Part shown: positions 29,315 to 38,768 of the stretch, piece after piece | Position numbering within the stretch: the stretch's first letter is position 1 | How the letters are laid out: every line of letters begins with the position of its first letter | DNA from: Gammaproteobacteria bacterium | GTDB lineage: Bacteria > Pseudomonadota > Gammaproteobacteria > JAJDOJ01 | Direction of reading: 5' to 3' | Length of the DNA: 64,000 bases | NCBI GenBank assembly: GCA_026984215.1 | Contig: JALSSO010000135.1 | Location: 4,584 to 68,583 of the forward strand | The notes under the pieces: model-generated | Databases searched by the model: none | Told to the model about the DNA's origin: nothing | The model's input: only the letters and a program-made list of their open reading frames with translations | Program-made: the position numbers and the translations under genes

Positions 29315-31137
29315 ACGGACACCAAAGCCTTCACTGGATCCTGATTCTCTTGCTGGGGCTGGGGCTGGGGCACGCCGCGGCCGCCGCAACGCCCCAACAC
29401 GCCCTCACCCTCTACGGCGAGGCACCCAAGTACCGGTCCGGATTCACACATTTCGACTACGTCAACCCCGCCGTGCCCAAGGGGGGCACCGTGCGCCTGG
29501 CCGAGATCGGCAGCTTCGACAGCCTCAATCCGTTCATCCTCAAGGGTACTGCGGCCGCCGGCATCGGCCGGGTCTACGACACCCTGACCGTGCAGTCCCT
29601 GGACGAACCCTTCACCGAATACGGGCTGTTGGCCGAGTCGGTGGTGCGGGACCCGGACAACCGCTGGGTCGAGTTCCATCTGCGCCCGCAGGCGCGTTTC
29701 CACGACGGCGAGCCGATCACCGCCGAGGACGTGGCCTTCACGCTGGAGCTGCTCAAGACCCAGGGTCACCCCTTCTACCGGGCCTACTACAAGGACGTCG
29801 CGCGCGCGGTGGTCCAAGACCCGCGCACGGTGCGCTTCGAATTCGCCACGGCCGACAACCGCGAACTGCCGCTCATCGTGGGTCAGATGCCGGTGCTGCC
29901 GCGGCATGCCTGGGTTGGGCGGGATTTCACCCGTACCACGCTGGAGCCGCCGTTGGGCAGCGGGCCCTATCGCGTGGCGAAGGTGGATCCGGGACGCAGC
30001 ATCACCTACCGGCGGGTGGCGGACTACTGGGCCAAAGACCTGCCGGTGAACCGTGGCCGGTACAACTTCGACACCATCCGCATCGACTATTACCGCGACG
30101 ACACCGTGGCGCTGGAGGCCTTCAAGGCGGGCGAGTACGATTTCCGTCAGGAGAACGTGGCGAAGAACTGGGCGGTGGGTTATGACGGCCCCGCCCTGCG
30201 CGACGGCCGCATCCGCAAGGAGGAGATCCCCCATCAGCGCCCCACGGGCATGCAGGGTTTCGTGTTCAACACGCGCAAGTCCCTGTTCGCCGACCGGCGC
30301 GTGCGCTGGGCCCTGGCCCACGCCTTCGACTTCGAATGGGCCAACAAGAACCTGTTCTACGGTGCCTATGCGCGCACCAAGAGCTATTTCTCCAACTCCG
30401 AGCTGGCCGCGCGCGGACTACCCTCGCCGGCCGAGCGCAAACTGCTCGAACCTTACCGCGACCGCCTCCCGCCCGAGGTGTTCACCCAAGCCTACGCGCC
30501 CCCGCGCACCGACGGCAGCGGCCGACTGCGCGCCAACCTGCGCACCGCCGCGCGCCTGCTGCGCGAGGCTGGCTGGGTGGTCCGGGACGGCCGGCGGGTG
30601 CACCGGGACACGGGCGAGCCCTTCACCTTCGAGCTGCTGTTGGTCAGCCCATCCTTCGAGCGCGTGGCCCTACCCTTCCAGCGCAACCTCCGGCGGCTGG
30701 GCATCGAGATGCGGGTACGCACCGTGGACCCGGCCCAATACCAGAAACGGCTCGACCAATTCGACTTCGACATGGTGGTGGCGAGCTTCGGCCAGTCGCT
30801 CTCGCCCGGCAACGAGCAGCGCGACTACTGGACCTCGGCGGCCGCCGAAACCCCCGGCAGCCGCAATCTGGCCGGCATCCGCGATCCGGTGGTGGACGCG
30901 CTCGTCGAGCGGCTCATCCATGCCCCCGACCGGCAAACCCTGGTGACCACCACCCGCGCCCTGGACCGCGTGCTGCTCTGGGGCCACTACGTGATTCCCC
31001 ACTGGCACCTGCGCTACTTCCGGGTGGCCTATTGGGACCGGCTCGCCCACCCCCGGCACAACCCACCGTACGGGCTGGACCTGGACGCCTGGTGGCACGA
31101 GCAGGCGGGTGGGGCGAGGACGGCCGCGGGCCGCTGA
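29311..31137 (+). CDS. yejA: ABC transporter periplasmic substrate-binding protein (family 5, YejA-like; peptide/microcin C uptake)
   Basis: 608 aa with a signal peptide (ILILLLGLGLGHAAAA). SBP_bac_5 architecture. It precedes the yejBEF homologs. Confidence 0.85.
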   Translation: MNGHQSLHWILILLLGLGLGHAAAAATPQHALTLYGEAPKYRSGFTHFDYVNPAVPKGGTVRLAEIGSFDSLNPFILKGTAAAGIGRVYDTLTVQSLDEPFTEYGLLAESVVRDPDNRWVEFHLRPQARFHDGEPITAEDVAFTLELLKTQGHPFYRAYYKDVARAVVQDPRTVRFEFATADNRELPLIVGQMPVLPRHAWVGRDFTRTTLEPPLGSGPYRVAKVDPGRSITYRRVADYWAKDLPVNRGRYNFDTIRIDYYRDDTVALEAFKAGEYDFRQENVAKNWAVGYDGPALRDGRIRKEEIPHQRPTGMQGFVFNTRKSLFADRRVRWALAHAFDFEWANKNLFYGAYARTKSYFSNSELAARGLPSPAERKLLEPYRDRLPPEVFTQAYAPPRTDGSGRLRANLRTAARLLREAGWVVRDGRRVHRDTGEPFTFELLLVSPSFERVALPFQRNLRRLGIEMRVRTVDPAQYQKRLDQFDFDMVVASFGQSLSPGNEQRDYWTSAAAETPGSRNLAGIRDPVVDALVERLIHAPDRQTLVTTTRALDRVLLWGHYVIPHWHLRYFRVAYWDRLAHPRHNPPYGLDLDAWWHEQAGGARTAAGR

Positions 31138-31149
31138 CGGAGTCTCGCC

Positions 31150-32226
31150 GTGCGGGCCTACATCCTGCGCCGTCTGCTGCTCATGGTGCCCACCCTGGTG
31201 GGCATCCTGCTCATCAACTTCGTGATCGTGCAGGCTGCTCCGGGGGGACCCATCGACCGGGTGCTCGCCGAACTCAAGGGCCACGGGGTGGCCGCCACGG
31301 CGCGCATCGGCGGCCAATCCGGCGGCGAGGTATCCGGGGAGGGCGCCTCGCGCGGCGCCCGCGGCATCGACCCCGAACTCATCGCCGAGCTGGAGCGGCT
31401 CTATGGCTTCGACAAGCCCCCCGCCGAGCGCTTCTGGGAAATGCTCAAGCGCTATGCCCGATTCGATTTCGGCGAGAGCTTCTACCGCGACGCCACGGTG
31501 CTCGAACTGATCGGCGAGAAGTTGCCGGTGTCCATCTCGTTGGGCCTGTGGACCACGCTCCTGGTGTATCTGATCTCCATTCCGCTCGGCATCGCCAAGG
31601 CCGTGCGCGACGGCACGCCCTTCGACGTATGGACCAGCGTGCTGGTGGTGATCGGTTACGCCATCCCCGGCTTCCTGTTCGCCGTGCTGCTGGTGGTGGT
31701 GTTCGCCGGCGGCAGCTTCCTGGACTGGTTTCCGCTGCGGGGCCTGGTCTCGGAGAACTGGGACGCCCTGCCCTGGCCTCAGAAGATCCTGGACTATTTC
31801 TGGCACATCACCCTACCCGTGCTGTCCATGGTGGTCGGCGGCTTCGCCGGGCTCACCCTGCTGACGAAGAACTCGTTCCTGGACGAGCTGCACAAGCAGT
31901 ACGTGGTCACCGCCCGGGCCAAGGGGGCCGACGAGCGGCGCGTTTTGTTCGGCCACGTGTTCCGCAACGCCATGCTGATCGTGGTGGCCGGCTTTCCCGG
32001 CGCCTTCGTGGGCATCCTGTTCACCAGCGCCCTGCTCATCGAGGTGATCTTCTCCCTGGACGGGCTGGGACTGCTCGGCTTCGAGGCCACGGTCAACCGA
32101 GACTATCCGGTGATGTTCGGCACGCTGTACATCTTCACCCTGCTGGGACTGGTGCTGAATTTGGTGGGCGATCTCATGTACACCTGGATCGACCCGCGTA
32201 TCGACTTCGAAACCCGCGAGGGCTGA
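31150..32226 (+). CDS. yejB: ABC transporter permease YejB
   Basis: [34 protein letters not shown] is a typical DppB/YejB N-terminus. Confidence 0.9.
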   Translation: MRAYILRRLLLMVPTLVGILLINFVIVQAAPGGPIDRVLAELKGHGVAATARIGGQSGGEVSGEGASRGARGIDPELIAELERLYGFDKPPAERFWEMLKRYARFDFGESFYRDATVLELIGEKLPVSISLGLWTTLLVYLISIPLGIAKAVRDGTPFDVWTSVLVVIGYAIPGFLFAVLLVVVFAGGSFLDWFPLRGLVSENWDALPWPQKILDYFWHITLPVLSMVVGGFAGLTLLTKNSFLDELHKQYVVTARAKGADERRVLFGHVFRNAMLIVVAGFPGAFVGILFTSALLIEVIFSLDGLGLLGFEATVNRDYPVMFGTLYIFTLLGLVLNLVGDLMYTWIDPRIDFETREG

Positions 32227-32231
32227 GCCCG

Positions 32232-33251
32232 GTGTCGCCCCTGGCCCGCCGTCGCTGGGACGCCTTCCGCCGCAACCGCCGCGGCTGGTGGTCGCTGTGG
32301 ATCTTCCTGGGGCTGTTCACCCTCAGCCTGTGCGCCGAGTTCATCGCCAACGACCGGCCGCTGCTGGTGCGCTACGACGGGGCCTTCTACTTTCCCGTGT
32401 TCGTGACCTACCCCGAGACCGCCTTCGGCGGCGAGTTCGCCACCGAGGCCGACTACCGCGACCCTTACGTACAGGAACTCATCTCGGCGCGGGGTTGGAT
32501 GCTGTGGCCGCCCATCCGCTACCGCTACGACACCATCAACTACGACCTGCCCCAGCCGGCTCCCTCCCCACCCACACGCGAGAACTGGCTGGGCACCGAC
32601 GACCAGGGCCGCGACGTGCTGGCCCGGGTGATCTACGGTTTCCGCGTCTCGGTCCTGTTCGGCCTGGCGCTGACCGCCGCCAGCAGCCTGATCGGCGTGG
32701 CCGCGGGCGCCGTGCAGGGTTATTTCGGGGGCTGGACCGATCTGCTGTTCCAGCGCTTCATCGAGATCTGGGGTGGGCTGCCGGTGTTGTTCCTGCTGAT
32801 CATCCTCTCGGCGGTGGTGGAGCCCAATTTCTGGTGGCTGCTGGGTCTGATGCTGTTGTTCTCCTGGACCACGCTGGTGGGCGTGGTGCGGGCCGAGTTC
32901 CTGCGCGCGCGCAATTTCGAGTACGTGCGCGCGGCCCGCGCCCTGGGCGTGGGGCACCTGACCATCATGTTCCGCCACCTGCTGCCCAACGCCATGGTGG
33001 CCACACTGACCTTTCTGCCCTTCATCCTCAGCGGCGCCATCACCACCCTCACCTCGCTGGACTTCCTGGGCTTCGGACTGCCGCCCGGCTCCCCCTCGCT
33101 GGGTGAGCTGCTGGCCCAGGGCAAGGCCAACCTGCAAGCCCCCTGGCTGGGCATCACGGCCTTCGTGGTGCTGGCCGTAATGCTCACCCTGCTGGTGTTC
33201 GTGGGCGAGGCCGCACGCGACGCCTTCGACCCACGCAAGGGTCCCGCATGA
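32232..33251 (+). CDS. yejE: ABC transporter permease YejE
   Basis: The C-terminal third of the 971-aa track ORF aligns with E. coli YejE (LSPV..RRRWDAFRRNRRGWWSLWIF...). There is no ATG, so GTG 32232 is the most likely start. A non-canonical start a few codons upstream is also possible. Confidence 0.8.
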   Translation: MSPLARRRWDAFRRNRRGWWSLWIFLGLFTLSLCAEFIANDRPLLVRYDGAFYFPVFVTYPETAFGGEFATEADYRDPYVQELISARGWMLWPPIRYRYDTINYDLPQPAPSPPTRENWLGTDDQGRDVLARVIYGFRVSVLFGLALTAASSLIGVAAGAVQGYFGGWTDLLFQRFIEIWGGLPVLFLLIILSAVVEPNFWWLLGLMLLFSWTTLVGVVRAEFLRARNFEYVRAARALGVGHLTIMFRHLLPNAMVATLTFLPFILSGAITTLTSLDFLGFGLPPGSPSLGELLAQGKANLQAPWLGITAFVVLAVMLTLLVFVGEAARDAFDPRKGPA

Positions 33252-34849
33252 GCGCCCCCCTGCTCCAGGTGGACGGGCTGCGCGTATGGTTCGGCTCCGC
33301 GCCCGCGGTCGAGGACGTCTCGTTCGAGGTCCGTGCGGGCGAGACGCTGGCCCTGGTGGGCGAGAGCGGCTCCGGCAAGTCGGTCACCGCCCTGTCCATT
33401 CCCCGCCTGTTGCCGCATACGGCCACCGTCTGCGGGCGCATCCACTTCCGGGGCGAGGACCTGACCCGCATGGGCCCAGCCCGCCTGCGGGGACTGCGCG
33501 GCGGGGCCATCGGCATGGTCTTCCAGGAACCCATGACCTCGCTCAACCCGCTGCATCCGGTGGGCCGGCAGATCGCCGAGGCGCTCCTGCTGCATCAGGG
33601 GCTCGCGGGCCCGGCGGCGCGGCGGCGGGTGGTCGAGCTGCTCGCGCGGGTGGGGCTGGACCGACCGGAGCAACGGGCGGCGTCCTATCCGCACCAACTG
33701 TCGGGCGGCCAACGCCAGCGGGTGATGATCGCCATGGCGGTGGCCAACGATCCGGCGCTGCTGATCGCCGATGAGCCCACCACGGCGCTGGACGTGACCG
33801 TCCAGGCGCAGGTGCTGGCCTTGCTGGCGCGGCTGCGCGAGGCATCGGGCATGGGCGTGCTGTTCATCACCCACGACCTGCATCTGGTGCGCCGCATCGC
33901 CGACCGCGTCTGCGTACTGCAGGCCGGGCGCGTCGTGGAGACCGGCCCCGTGGAGCGGGTGTTCGCCACGCCCCGCCATCCGTACACCCGCGCCCTGCTT
34001 GCAGCCGAACCGCCGCCGGCGCCGCCGCCCCTCCAAGGTGAGCCGGAGACCGTCCTGGAGGCGCGGGACGTGCGCGTCTGGTTCCCGCTGCGCCGCGGTC
34101 TGCTGCGGCGCACCCTGGGGCACGTCAAGGCCGTGGACGGAGTCGATGTGCGCCTGCGCGCCGGAGAGACCCTGGGGGTGGTGGGCGAGAGCGGCTCGGG
34201 CAAGACCACGCTGGCGCTGGCCCTGCTGCGCCTGGAACGATCACATGGCCGCATCGCGCTGCTGGGCCGGCGCATCGACGGGCTGCGGGGCCGGGCCCTG
34301 CGGCCCCTGCGCCGCCAGATGCAGATGGTCTTTCAGGATCCCTATGGCAGCCTGAATCCCCGCATGAGCGTGGCGGACATCGTCGGCGAGGGGCTGCGCG
34401 CCCACCGCCTGGCGGCCACCGCCGGCGAGCGCGACCGGCGCATCTGCGCAGCGCTCGAAGAAGTGGGCCTGGCCCCCGAGTCGCGCCACCGCTATCCCCA
34501 CGAGTTCAGCGGCGGGCAGCGCCAGCGCATCGCCGTGGCCCGCGCCTTGGTGCTCAAACCCCGGCTCGTGGTGCTGGACGAGCCCACCTCGGCCCTGGAC
34601 CGCTCCGTGCAGGCCCAGCTCATCACCTTGTTGCGGGACTTGCAACGACGCCACCACCTGGCTTATCTGTTCGTCAGCCACGACCTGCACGTGGTCCGCG
34701 CGCTGGCCCACCAACTCCTGGTCCTGCGTCACGGCCGGGTGGTCGAGGCCGGCCCCGCCCGAGACGTGTTGCACCGGCCCCGGGACGCCTACACCCGCGA
34801 ACTGTTCACCGCCGCCTTCCTGGACTCACTGCCGCCCACGCCCCCATGA
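33248..34849 (+). CDS. yejF: ABC transporter ATP-binding protein YejF (duplicated ATPase)
   Basis: Two Walker A motifs (GESGSGKS twice), two LSGGQRQR signatures and two Walker B motifs. Confidence 0.9.
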   Translation: MSAPLLQVDGLRVWFGSAPAVEDVSFEVRAGETLALVGESGSGKSVTALSIPRLLPHTATVCGRIHFRGEDLTRMGPARLRGLRGGAIGMVFQEPMTSLNPLHPVGRQIAEALLLHQGLAGPAARRRVVELLARVGLDRPEQRAASYPHQLSGGQRQRVMIAMAVANDPALLIADEPTTALDVTVQAQVLALLARLREASGMGVLFITHDLHLVRRIADRVCVLQAGRVVETGPVERVFATPRHPYTRALLAAEPPPAPPPLQGEPETVLEARDVRVWFPLRRGLLRRTLGHVKAVDGVDVRLRAGETLGVVGESGSGKTTLALALLRLERSHGRIALLGRRIDGLRGRALRPLRRQMQMVFQDPYGSLNPRMSVADIVGEGLRAHRLAATAGERDRRICAALEEVGLAPESRHRYPHEFSGGQRQRIAVARALVLKPRLVVLDEPTSALDRSVQAQLITLLRDLQRRHHLAYLFVSHDLHVVRALAHQLLVLRHGRVVEAGPARDVLHRPRDAYTRELFTAAFLDSLPPTPP

Positions 34850-35829
34850 AACTCATCCACGTCATCGCCGATCAAGGACACCTGGACACCCTGCGTGGGA
34901 TCGCCGAGCAGTTCGGCGCCACGGCGGCCTGGCCCGGTCCGGAGACGGAAGACGGTCGGGCGAGCTTCCACATCCTGGCCGGCGAGGCGGCCCGGCAATC
35001 GATCCTCGATGCCGTGCAGCGGACCCTCGGCGCCTCGGGGGAATACCGGGTGATCGTCCTGCCGGTCGACACGGTGCTGCCGGCGCCCGCCTCCGCCGAA
35101 AGGCAGACCGCGGCAACCCGCAGGCCCAGCGGACCCAGCCGCGAGGAACTGCTCAGCGAGGTCTCCCGTGGCGCGCGCATGGACCGCGACTATCTGCTGC
35201 TGGTGATCCTTTCGGCCATCGTCGCCACCGTGGGCCTCACCGAGAACAACGTCGCCGTGGTGGTGGGCGCCATGGTCATCGCGCCGCTGCTGGGGCCCAA
35301 CCTGGCGCTGGCCCTGGGCACCACGCTGGGCGATGCGGGCCTGATCCGCCGCTCGCTCCTCACCGCCACCGCCGGCATCGGGCTGGCCCTGGCGCTGTCC
35401 AGCGCGATGGGCTATCTGTTCGGCATCCCATGGCAAACGGCCGAGCTGCTCTCGCGCACCCATGTGAACCTGGCGGCGGTGATCCTGGCGCTCGCCTCGG
35501 GCGCCGCCGCCGTCGTCTCGCTGACCAGCGGCGCGGCCATGACCCTGGTGGGCGTCATGGTCGCCGTGGCCCTGCTGCCCCCGACCTGCACGGTGGGCAT
35601 ATTGCTGGCCGCCGGCAACGGGGAGCTCGCCCGGGACGCCGCCGTGCTCCTGGCCATCAACGTCGTGGGCGTGAACCTCTCGGCCAAGGCCGTGTTCTGG
35701 TGGCGGGGCGTGAAACCGCGCACCGCCGCCGAGCAACGCCGAGCCCGCTGGTGGTCGGGCGCGGCCTTTGTCCTCTGGACCGCGGCCCTGTTGGCGCTGG
35801 TGGACTTCCTGTCGGCGCGTCCCGGATGA
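34846..35829 (+). CDS. DUF389/TIGR00341 family membrane protein
   Basis: The N-terminal soluble domain ([25 protein letters not shown]...) is followed by a hydrophobic domain with a LLGPNLALALG-type motif. Its ATG overlaps the yejF stop. Confidence 0.7.
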   Translation: MKLIHVIADQGHLDTLRGIAEQFGATAAWPGPETEDGRASFHILAGEAARQSILDAVQRTLGASGEYRVIVLPVDTVLPAPASAERQTAATRRPSGPSREELLSEVSRGARMDRDYLLLVILSAIVATVGLTENNVAVVVGAMVIAPLLGPNLALALGTTLGDAGLIRRSLLTATAGIGLALALSSAMGYLFGIPWQTAELLSRTHVNLAAVILALASGAAAVVSLTSGAAMTLVGVMVAVALLPPTCTVGILLAAGNGELARDAAVLLAINVVGVNLSAKAVFWWRGVKPRTAAEQRRARWWSGAAFVLWTAALLALVDFLSARPG

Positions 35830-35871
35830 AACGGGAGCGGTGATGTTCCTGCTGCCCGGCCGTCGGGACGA

Positions 35872-36279
35872 TCAGTACGACAGGACCTTGTCCAGCTTCT
35901 TGGCCTGAGCGACCCAGTTCTCCACGTCGGCGGGCGTGGGAATGCGTTTGGCCAGCCCTTCCTTCTCGTTCACCTCGCGGATCTTCGCATGGAGATTGTC
36001 GGGCCGGCGTTGGGCGAGCTCTTTGACGGTGTCCACACCCGCCTTTTCCAACAGATCGGAAAACACGCCCGCCACGCCCTTGATTCGTGACAGATCCGCG
36101 CGATTGGCCAATTCGAGAATATCCCGCTCCTTCACGCCGGTCTTCTTGGCCAGCTCACGGCGCTGCTTCGGCGTCGCCGCGGCCTCGAGCAGTTTGTCCG
36201 AATTGCCGATTCCAAGCTCGTTGAGCTTGGCGGCGAGATCTTTCGTCATGCCCTTGAGCTCTTTGATGGAAATGGCCAT
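35872..36279 (-). CDS. DUF4332 (helix-hairpin-helix-like) domain protein
   Basis: 135 aa with repeated HhH-like segments (ELGIGNSDKLLEAAATP...; KAGVDTVKELAQRRPDNL). Confidence 0.55.
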   Translation of the reverse strand: MAISIKELKGMTKDLAAKLNELGIGNSDKLLEAAATPKQRRELAKKTGVKERDILELANRADLSRIKGVAGVFSDLLEKAGVDTVKELAQRRPDNLHAKIREVNEKEGLAKRIPTPADVENWVAQAKKLDKVLSY

Positions 36280-36490
36280 GGCGCCTCCCTATCGATCGTG
36301 GTTCTGGTTTTACGCAAGTATGGGACGCATTCGCGCCACCGCACGGCATCGTACCCCAAAATGGGACGGCGAGCGTACCGTCTGCCGGGCCCGACCCGGG
36401 CTTTTGTTCGATAGAGGCCGTGGCTACTTGCCACAAAAGAGCAAAAACGAGACGGGTTCCGCTACTCCCGAACCCTTCATGCCGGCGCCG

Positions 36491-36558
36491 CGGACACGAA
36501 AAACCCCGCGGTCGGATTCCCGGCCGCGGGGTCCGGCTTTGGCGGAGAGGGAGGGATT
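36491..36558 (-). repeat. direct repeat copy B: duplicate of the tRNA-Ser 3' end (19 nt) plus its downstream terminator
   Basis: About 68 nt that is nearly identical to 36673..36739. It contains TGGCGGAGAGGGAGGGATT (the tRNA 3' end) plus the hairpin CCGCGGTCGGATTCCCGGCCGCGG. Confidence 0.8.
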
Positions 36559-36679
36559 ACGGCGGGCTTCCTGCCCGCCGCCCTGCGGGCCGCGCTCGCG
36601 CGCGTTCCGCAGCGCTCCCGGCGCTGCGGTCGAACCCTCCGTTCGGGTTCGAACCCCTCCCCCTACACTCCACGGACGC

Positions 36680-36720
36680 AAAAAACCCGCGGTCGGATTC
36701 CCGGCCGCGGGGTCCGGCTT
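36680..36720 (-). terminator. rho-independent terminator directly downstream of tRNA-Ser
   Basis: The minus strand reads CCGCGGCCGGGAATCCGACCGCGG followed by GTTTTTTG. A second copy lies inside repeat copy B. Confidence 0.6.
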
Positions 36721-36813
36721 TGGCGGAGAGGGAGGGATTCGAACCCTCGATGGAGTTTTTAGCCCCATACTCCCTTAGCAGGGGAGCGCCTTCAGCCACT
36801 CGGCCACCTCTCC
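36721..36813 (-). tRNA. serV: tRNA-Ser (anticodon GCU, long variable arm)
   Basis: Reverse complement reads GGAGAGGTGGCCGAGTGGCTGAAGGCGCTCCCCTGCTAAGGGAGTATGGGGCTAAAAACTCCATCGAGGGTTCGAATCCCTCCCTCTCCGCCA. This is a cloverleaf with a D-loop, an anticodon stem-loop CTCCC-CTGCTAA-GGGAG, a long extra arm, a T-arm GGGTTCGAATCCC, and a CCA end. Confidence 0.9.
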
Positions 36814-37048
36814 AATTCCTTTCCCAGCCCGTCCGACACGGCACGCACCGGCACCTCCGGCAGGTTTGCGGCGGGCATGCCCACCGGAACCTCGCCCCGA
36901 GCCCCTTCCCGAGGGTGGCCAAACCCTACGCCGCGCCGGCCAGGCACGAGGATGATAACGCCACCCGCAGGAAATGGCGATCAGCCATGCGGACAGCGGC
37001 GACGGAACCGTCCCACCGCGCCGCCAGGCGATCGACTTCTTCGTGCGC

Positions 37049-37243
37049 TTACTCCGAGCCCCCGGCCTCCTGTTGTTCGCGTTCCCGCCGGATCCGTTCG
37101 TAGATCTCTTCCCGATGCACCGCCACGTGCTTCGGGGCGTTCACTCCGATACGTACCTGGTTGCCTTTCACACCCAATACGGTCACGGCGACATCGTCGC
37201 CGATCATCAGCGTTTCACCAACTCGACGCGTGAGAATCAACAT
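37049..37243 (-). CDS. csrA: carbon storage regulator CsrA (RsmA)
   Basis: [51 protein letters not shown] is canonical CsrA. Confidence 0.95.
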   Translation of the reverse strand: MLILTRRVGETLMIGDDVAVTVLGVKGNQVRIGVNAPKHVAVHREEIYERIRREREQQEAGGSE

Positions 37244-37468
37244 GTCCTTGCTTCTCCTTGATTGGATCGTTTTTTCTTGTTTTTATCGTCCGGTTTGTCC
37301 ATCGCCGCATGCGCCGGACGCTCATCCTGAGGTCTGGGCGCATGGACTTTCTGCGGGGAGAACCGCGGCGGACAGTCCGGTATTCTATGCCGCGCCACGG
37401 GGGAATACCACCGGCACAGGAACCCACTCCACACCGCCTCGGCGGTATGTGGCTCGTTTCCGGTGGTC

Positions 37469-38707
37469 TCAAGCGGCGGCCGAACCGGGCTCGCGCTCGA
37501 GGCCGAACGCCTGGTGCAGCGTACGCACGGCGAGCTCCAGGTATTTCTCGTCCACTACCACGGAGATCTTGATCTCGGACGTCGAGATCATGCGGATGTT
37601 GATGCCTTCTTCGGCCAGCGCGCGAAACATCCGGGAGGCGATCCCGGCATGGGAACGCATGCCCACACCCACGAGCGACACCTTCACGATACCCGCATCG
37701 CCCTCCACGCTACGCGCCCCCAACTCGCCGGCGATCCGCCGTAGGATCTCCAGCGCGCGGTCGAAATCGTTGCGATGCACCGTGAACGTGAAGTCCGTGG
37801 TTTTTCGGTCCGCGGCCACGTTCTGCACGATCATGTCCACTTCGATGTTGGCATCCGATACGGGGCCGAGAATGCGGGCGGCCACGCCGGGTTGGTCCGG
37901 CACGCCGGTGATGGTCAGCTGGGCTTCGTCGCGATTGAACGCGATGCCCGAGATGAGGGCCTGTTCCATGTCGTCACTCTCGTAGGTGATGAGCGTGCCT
38001 TCGCCCTCCTCGAATGAGGACAGCACGCGCAAGGGAACGTTGTACTTGCCGGCGAACTCGACGGCCCGGATCTGAAGCACCTTGGAGCCGAGGCTCGCCA
38101 TTTCGAGCATCTCCTCGAAGGTGATTCGAGCAAGCCGCCTGGCCTTGGGTTCGATGCGTGGATCGGTGGTGTAGACCCCGTCCACATCCGTATAGATCTG
38201 GCATTCGTCGGCGCCCAGGGCCGCCGCCAGCGCCACGGCGGTGGTGTCCGACCCGCCCCGGCCCAGGGTGGTGATGTTGCCGTGCTCGTCGACGCCCTGA
38301 AAACCGGCCACCACCACCACGCGTCCGGCGTCGAGGTCACGCCGTACCCGCGCCCCGTCGATCTCACGGATGCGCGCCTTGTTGTGGGCGCTGTCGGTGA
38401 GGATGTGGACCTGGGCCCCCGTGTAGGACACCGCCGGGCAGCCCAGCTTGTGCAAAGCCATGGCGAGCAGGGCGATGGTCACTTGCTCGCCCGTGGAAAG
38501 CAGCACGTCGAGCTCACGCCCCCCGGCCTGGGGATCGATGCGGTGGGCGAGGCCCAGCAGACGGTCGGTCTCGCCGCTCATGGCGGAGACCACGACCACC
38601 ACCTGGCTGCCTCGGCGCACGGTGCGCCGCACCTTGTCGGCCACGTGCTCGATCCGCTCGGTCGTGCCGACCGAGGTGCCACCGTACTTCTGGACGATCA
38701 ACGGCAT
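37469..38707 (-). CDS. lysC: aspartate kinase
   Basis: [15 protein letters not shown]... Two C-terminal ACT domains. ATG 38707 lies inside the longer track ORF. Confidence 0.9.
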   Translation of the reverse strand: MPLIVQKYGGTSVGTTERIEHVADKVRRTVRRGSQVVVVVSAMSGETDRLLGLAHRIDPQAGGRELDVLLSTGEQVTIALLAMALHKLGCPAVSYTGAQVHILTDSAHNKARIREIDGARVRRDLDAGRVVVVAGFQGVDEHGNITTLGRGGSDTTAVALAAALGADECQIYTDVDGVYTTDPRIEPKARRLARITFEEMLEMASLGSKVLQIRAVEFAGKYNVPLRVLSSFEEGEGTLITYESDDMEQALISGIAFNRDEAQLTITGVPDQPGVAARILGPVSDANIEVDMIVQNVAADRKTTDFTFTVHRNDFDRALEILRRIAGELGARSVEGDAGIVKVSLVGVGMRSHAGIASRMFRALAEEGINIRMISTSEIKISVVVDEKYLELAVRTLHQAFGLEREPGSAAA

Positions 38708-38768
38708 CGGAAACCTTCCATAGCGCTTGGGGGCGGCGATTATGCCAGAGGCGGCCCGCTCGCGCCGG

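Noticed and set aside
30336-32231. N-terminal two thirds of the 971-aa ORF 30336..33251
   Set aside because: It is an out-of-frame read-through across yejA and yejB. It is low-complexity Arg/Pro/Gly. Only the C-terminal yejE part is real.
36279-36720. Searched the tRNA-adjacent region for an integrase, excisionase or CRISPR repeats
   Set aside because: There is no ORF with integrase motifs and no short regularly spaced repeats. Only the two long direct repeats were found.
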